Assembly (NCBI RefSeq): GCF_001194135.2 | Contig: NC_068990.1 | Span: 2,243,996-2,301,089 of the forward strand | Direction of reading: 5' to 3' | DNA from: Octopus bimaculoides | Taxonomy: Eukaryota | DNA length: 57,094 nt | Shown: piece after piece, positions 52,128 to 57,094 of the stretch | How the letters are laid out: each line of letters begins with the position of its first letter | Numbering within the stretch: the stretch's first letter is position 1 | The notes under the pieces: generated by a model | Databases searched by the model: none | What the model was told of the DNA's origin: nothing | The model's input: the letters and a program-made list of their open reading frames with translations, nothing else | Made by a program: the position numbers and the translations under genes

Positions 52128-52310
52128 CTATGTATGTATGTATGTATGTATGCATGCATGTATGTATGTATGTATGTGTGTATGTATGCGTGTATCTATG
52201 CATGTATGTTTGCATTATGTATGTATGTATGTATGTATGTATGTTTGTATGTACGTGTGTGTGTGTATGTACGCACGTATGCATGCATGTATGTATGTAG
52301 TATGCATATA
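52128..52310. repeat. Degenerate (ATGT)n microsatellite
   Basis: direct reading. Confidence 0.9.
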
Positions 52311-52628
52311 TGTATATTCCCTTTCTGTTTTTCATTTAGAGGTCTGTTGTTTTAATATTTCGAATGCTTCAAACAACTCGAGATCAAAACGAACATGTAT
52401 TCAATTTTCTGTATATTTATGATTAGAAAATAAAACTGGCCACTAATAATATATATGAGTATGTGCGTATGTGTGTGTGTATGAGTGTGTGTGTGTGTGT
52501 GAGTGTGCATATGTGTATGCACACACTAGAACCAGAGCTCCACATGCGAAGGTGGGTCAAAATCACACCCAGGACATAAATTAATACATGCATAGCATGC
52601 TTGCATAATGCATACATGTATGTTTATA

Positions 52629-52691
<63 letters not shown>

Positions 52692-53610
52692 TATACGTAC
52701 ATGTGTGTGTGTGTGTAAAATGCAAACGTTGATTGTGTCAAGACTCCTACATTGCTAGAAATAAGAGCAAAAATGCGCCTAAAGTTGTAGAAAAGACATA
52801 TAAATCTATACATATATGCTAACTGGGTTGCAATCATCCTAAACTCCGACTAGAAAATTCGTTAGACTAAAAGTCCAGTTTCGTCTATTTCCTAAGTCTT
52901 CATCAATAAGAACCGCTCGTTCGGCAGATTCCGGGCCAATACTCGTGTCAGTATGTACGTATTTGCCACATAAATTTATGGACAATTTAGCCGATCGCCA
53001 ATGTGTATACAAAAATTAATATAAACACCTTGGTGCAATGTGATAACAGTAAGAAACAATATATAATCACTGAATAGGATTAAGGGTCTCAAGAAGCCTA
53101 CAGGTTCAGCGAGCTTTATATTTTTCTTTATGTTATCACATTGCACGTAGCTGTTTATACATAAAAGCATATATATATATATATAAATATATATATATNN
53201 NNNNNNNNNNNNNNNNNNNNNNNNNNNNNNNNNNNNNNNNNNNNNNNNNNNNNNNNNNNNNNNNNNNNNNNNNNNNNNNNNNNNNNNNNNNNNNNNNNNN
53301 NNNNNNNNNNNNNNNNNNNNNNNNNNNNNNNNNNNNNNNNNNNNNNNNNNNNNNNNNNNNNNNNNNNNNNNNNNNNNNNNNNNNNNNNNNNNNNNNNNNN
53401 NNNNNNNNNNNNNNNNNNNNNNNNNNNNNNNNNNNNNNNNNNNNNNNNNNNNNNNNNNNNNNNNNNNNNNNNNNNNNNNNNNNNNNNNNNNNNNNNNNNN
53501 NNNNNNNNNNNNNNNNNNNNNNNNNNNNNNNNNNNNNNNNNNNNNNNNNNNNNNNNNNNNNNNNNNNNNNNNNNNNNNNNNNNNNNNNNNNNNNNNNNNN
53601 NNNNNNNNNT

Positions 53611-53830
53611 GTCTCTCTCACCAAGGTCAGCGGCTATCGAACGCCGACGAAGGGAAATAACCCTGAAATCCGGATCCGTTCGTGCTGCGGACCGTGGTGA
53701 GAGGGATAACTTCCCTTGGCAAACAGGACACAGTCGTGTGTCGATAAGCCAGCTGGAGGAGATGTCCTCCTGGGGCTAAAAGCAACAGTAACATCCACCC
53801 CTAGGGGTCAGCCACACTTAAGTGGCAATA
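53611..53830 (+). mobile_element. About 220-bp hammerhead-bearing repeat, copy 1 (5' side at a gap)
   Basis: Homologous to 54071-54290 (ccagctggaggagatgtc...aacagtaacatc...gccacacttaagtggcaata). Confidence 0.75.
53615..53703 (+). ncRNA. Type I minimal hammerhead ribozyme motif, U4C core variant
   Basis: cgaacg-CCGACGA-aggg-aaataa-ccct-GAAA-tccgg-ATC-cgttcg. Stem III is the palindrome ATCCGGAT. Stem I extends through ggtc/gacc and ctctcacca/tggtgagag. Confidence 0.8.
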
Positions 53831-54070
53831 TACTACACTTTATCGTGCAGTTACTGTTAATACTTCATTTAGAGAATTAACATTGCTTATATATATATAT
53901 ATATATTTATATATTTATAATCATAAATATACAGGGATTAGCATATATTTATATATATATATATATATATATTCATATATATATACTGCTTATTTCTCAA
54001 TTTTCGATATCAGCGACGTTTGTCACTCAAGAAAGCATATAGTATTTTGCGTGTAGAATGAGTTTTCATC

Positions 54071-54290
54071 ACTAACACGTGATTATCATGCATTGATGAC
54101 GGGTTACTACCAATAAACTCTGGTCTGTGTGTATCACGTAAGACTAGAGACGAGAACGATGATTTTCCCCTCGCAAACATTAATCGGACACAGACAGTGT
54201 ATCGTTCACCAGCTAGAGGAGATGTCATCATGGGGATAAAAAAACAGTAGCATCGTCCTCATTGGGACCGCCACATTTAGCTGGCGATTA
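54071..54290 (+). mobile_element. About 220-bp hammerhead-bearing repeat, copy 2, with a degenerate ribozyme at 54077-54139
   Basis: acgtgat..atgca-TTGATGA-cgggttactaccaa-TAAA-ctctg-GTC-tgtgt..atcacgt; 3' part aligns with copy 1. Confidence 0.65.
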
Positions 54291-55114
54291 TATTTTATGA
54301 TTATATATANNNNNNNNNNNNNNNNNNNNNNNNNNNNNNNNNNNNNNNNNNNNNNNNNNNNNNNNNNNNNNNNNNNNNNNNNNNNNNNNNNNNNNNNNNN
54401 NNNNNNNNNNNNNNNNNNNNNNNNNNNNNNNNNNNNNNNNNNNNNNNNNNNNNNNNNNNNNNNNNNNNNNNNNNNNNNNNNNNNNNNNNNNNACAGAATA
54501 ACAATAATCAAATAACGATGGCGTAGTGCACAACAAACTGAAGTTATTTTCTACACCTACGAGGCTCATTCGTATTATCCCGAATTGCTGGATAATTTTT
54601 CGTTCCTCTAAGTATATTGTAGAATGGAAACTTATTATAGATTGAAATTTAAATTCTAATCTCTATAGAAATTTATTGTTTCAAGAAAACATTTGACTTA
54701 ATTTTAATTTTTACGATTATTTATAACAAATTTGGCTGTAACTTTTGAATCTCAGTCTGGCACGTGTAAATAATGTCGAGATACAGGGACCTTTAAGACG
54801 ACCGCCAAACTCTGAACAAAAATAAATGAACAGTGAGCAGGCTCAATAAAAGGAGCCCAAGTTATTGGCTGCAATTACATACATGAAGTCAGTATTGGCA
54901 GAAATTTTCTAAATTTATACTCAGGCTAAGCCCGAACAGCCTGGATGTCGGAGTCGCCTCTGGTATACATAAGTAGATAGAGACGCAGGCGTCGGTGTGT
55001 GTAAAGTTATATGTGTATGTGTGTGTGTGTACGTGTATGTGTGTGTGCGTGTATGTGTATGTGTGTGTGCGCATGTTTGCGCGCACGCGTGAGTGTACTA
55101 TCGCACTTCGTCAA

Positions 55115-55238
55115 AACAACATGGTTCCAGGTTAAGTCCCACTGCGTGGCATCTTGAACAAGCGTCTTCTACTATAACTTCTGGCCCACCAAAGCCTTGT
55201 GAGTGGACTTGGTAGTCGGAAACTGAAAGATTCCCGTC

Positions 55239-55280
<42 letters not shown>

Positions 55281-55448
55281 TGATGTTAGTGTGTTTACGT
55301 CCCCGTAACTTAGTGGTTCGGCAAATGAGACCGATAGAATAAGTACTAAGCTTACAAAGAATAAGTCCTGGGGTCGATTTGTTCGACTAAAGGTGGTGCT
55401 CCAGCATGGCCACAGTCATTGACCGAATGAAATAAAATAATAAAAGAA
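55115..55448 (+). mobile_element. SINE family A, near full-length
   Basis: Head, (TA)n and 3' half with partial internal deletion. Confidence 0.92.
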
Positions 55449-56719
55449 TATATATATATATATATATATATTTGTGTATAAATAAAAATACATACACACA
55501 TGCGTAATTTCGGGATGCAATTTTAATAATAGAATTTTAAATGCAAATTTTGCCTCTATTATATTTTCTTCATTTGATTTTTTTTTGTATCTAATAATCC
55601 AATTTTAATGTAAATTTATTCAAGGATTCAACTCTATCCTCAATGACATAATAATAACTCACACCCGTATGCAATGATACCTTCCTACTCACCTACCTAT
55701 CTACTTACCTCTCTACTTCCTTACACGGAGACATGCGCGCGCACATATTTATGTGTGTGTCTATTCTCATAAATACTCGCTCGAAAATAATCTCTCATGC
55801 GCGTACAGAAGCGTGTATTCTGAAGCATACACACCCAGTCTATAATTAAAAACAAACAAATCGCAAACGAAGGTATGCTTTTTTTATTCTCTAATTCTAA
55901 AATTATTGTCTGAATCTCATTATATTTTGCATCACTTACAAAACCATCTCAATTACCCCGTACATACTGAGCATTTACTCTGGATTCACCTTTTGATATC
56001 CACACACATACAGAGGCACACACACACACAGGCACTCACACACAAACACCCATACGTACATACATACATGCATACATTGATTCATACATACATCCATTTA
56101 TTCATTCATACATACATGCAAACATACATACATACGTAGATATATATGTACATGCGTACGTGTATGCATACATAAATACATACATAAATGTGCGTGTGGT
56201 TTGCGTATTCCTAAATACGATCCGTTTTCATTAACTTTGTTATTGTCTATTAAAATTTAATATATAATTTCGTTGACACAAGCCGCGTATAATTTCCGAT
56301 TGAAACTGCAAAATCATAAACGAAAGCATTCAAAGATGTTTTATATAATAGAACTAAAATTACATTTAAAAAATAGCTATTTCTCAAAATAGCACATGGA
56401 AATTATTCACATCTGTAATTACATTTGAGCAGTTATTTCAATATGGGTTTGCAATTTCACGCTTATTAATCCAGAAGGGATCATGTGGGATATCAAGGGA
56501 TGTTATAATACAAGTAGAACTGACATAAAAGTGGAATATAATATTCATCCGTGGGCGGTAGGAAAGCGAAAGCACACAAAAGAGACATAAACAACCTAAT
56601 TAAGAGCAATTTGTAATTTAAATTTAATGCTAAGTAGATATAACCGTAATAATCTAATGGCGCAGAGCGCACGCACACGCACGCACTTTCACACATATAT
56701 TGTTTTTTGGATGCACCTA

Positions 56720-56860
56720 AGCTGGGGCACTACCTTGAAGGATGAATGTATTCAAATAAATTGACCCCAGTACCTAAGTTTTTTTAAGCCTGGTACATAT
56801 TCTATCGAGTCTTTTAACGAACCGCTATGTCACGGGGAGATAAGCAAAGTAACACCGAAT
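56720..56860 (-). mobile_element. SINE family A 3' fragment
   Basis: gaccccagtacc...tattctatcgagtctttt.acgaaccgcta.gtcacgggga. Confidence 0.7.
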
Positions 56861-56869
56861 GAGCATACG

Positions 56870-57094
56870 GCCATTTCAAAATGTAACCACATGTGAATCG
56901 TTGGCGATTTCTTTTCCTCCGTCTTCCTTTTCTATTAGACTTTCCTGTTTCTGAAGAAGAGCTTGGAGCGAAACGTAAAACCACCTTTCTTTCCTAACCG
57001 GAGCGTCTACTAATACTTTACATGTAGCACGTACTCGCGCTGTTGTTTTTTTTTGTGTTTGTTCTTCGTTTTTTTTTATTTGGGGATTTGCTAT
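56870..57094 (+). mobile_element. Penelope-like terminal-repeat type sequence with a minimal hammerhead motif at 56947-56981
   Basis: gttt-CTGAAGA-agagcttggagc-GAAA-c-GTA-aaac with ACGT palindromic stem III; followed by a T-rich tail running off the window. Confidence 0.6.

Overview
This is AT-rich, microsatellite-dense eukaryotic DNA from a draft assembly with 13 N-gaps, most of them next to simple repeats. The two recurring SINE families match octopus repeats as I remember them, so the source is probably an octopod cephalopod (inference, no database check). I recognise no intact protein-coding gene, rRNA, tRNA gene or CRISPR array, and most ORFs in the supplied track are translated microsatellites or gaps. 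Most recognisable features are mobile-element remains: four Tc1/mariner relics, a Chapaev3-like DNA transposon, an internally deleted R4/Dong-like retrotransposon ending in (TAA)n, a small MITE, and many SINE copies. The most interesting signal is a set of type I hammerhead ribozyme motifs in three unrelated short repeats. One has an intact catalytic core (3089-3179, minus strand) and sits in a 416-bp foldback whose other arm carries a core-mutated twin. The others are at 53615-53703, 54077-54139 and 56947-56981. A few low-confidence candidate exons are also listed, notably two phase-1 Cys-rich exons on the minus strand. All alignments and folds were done by eye.
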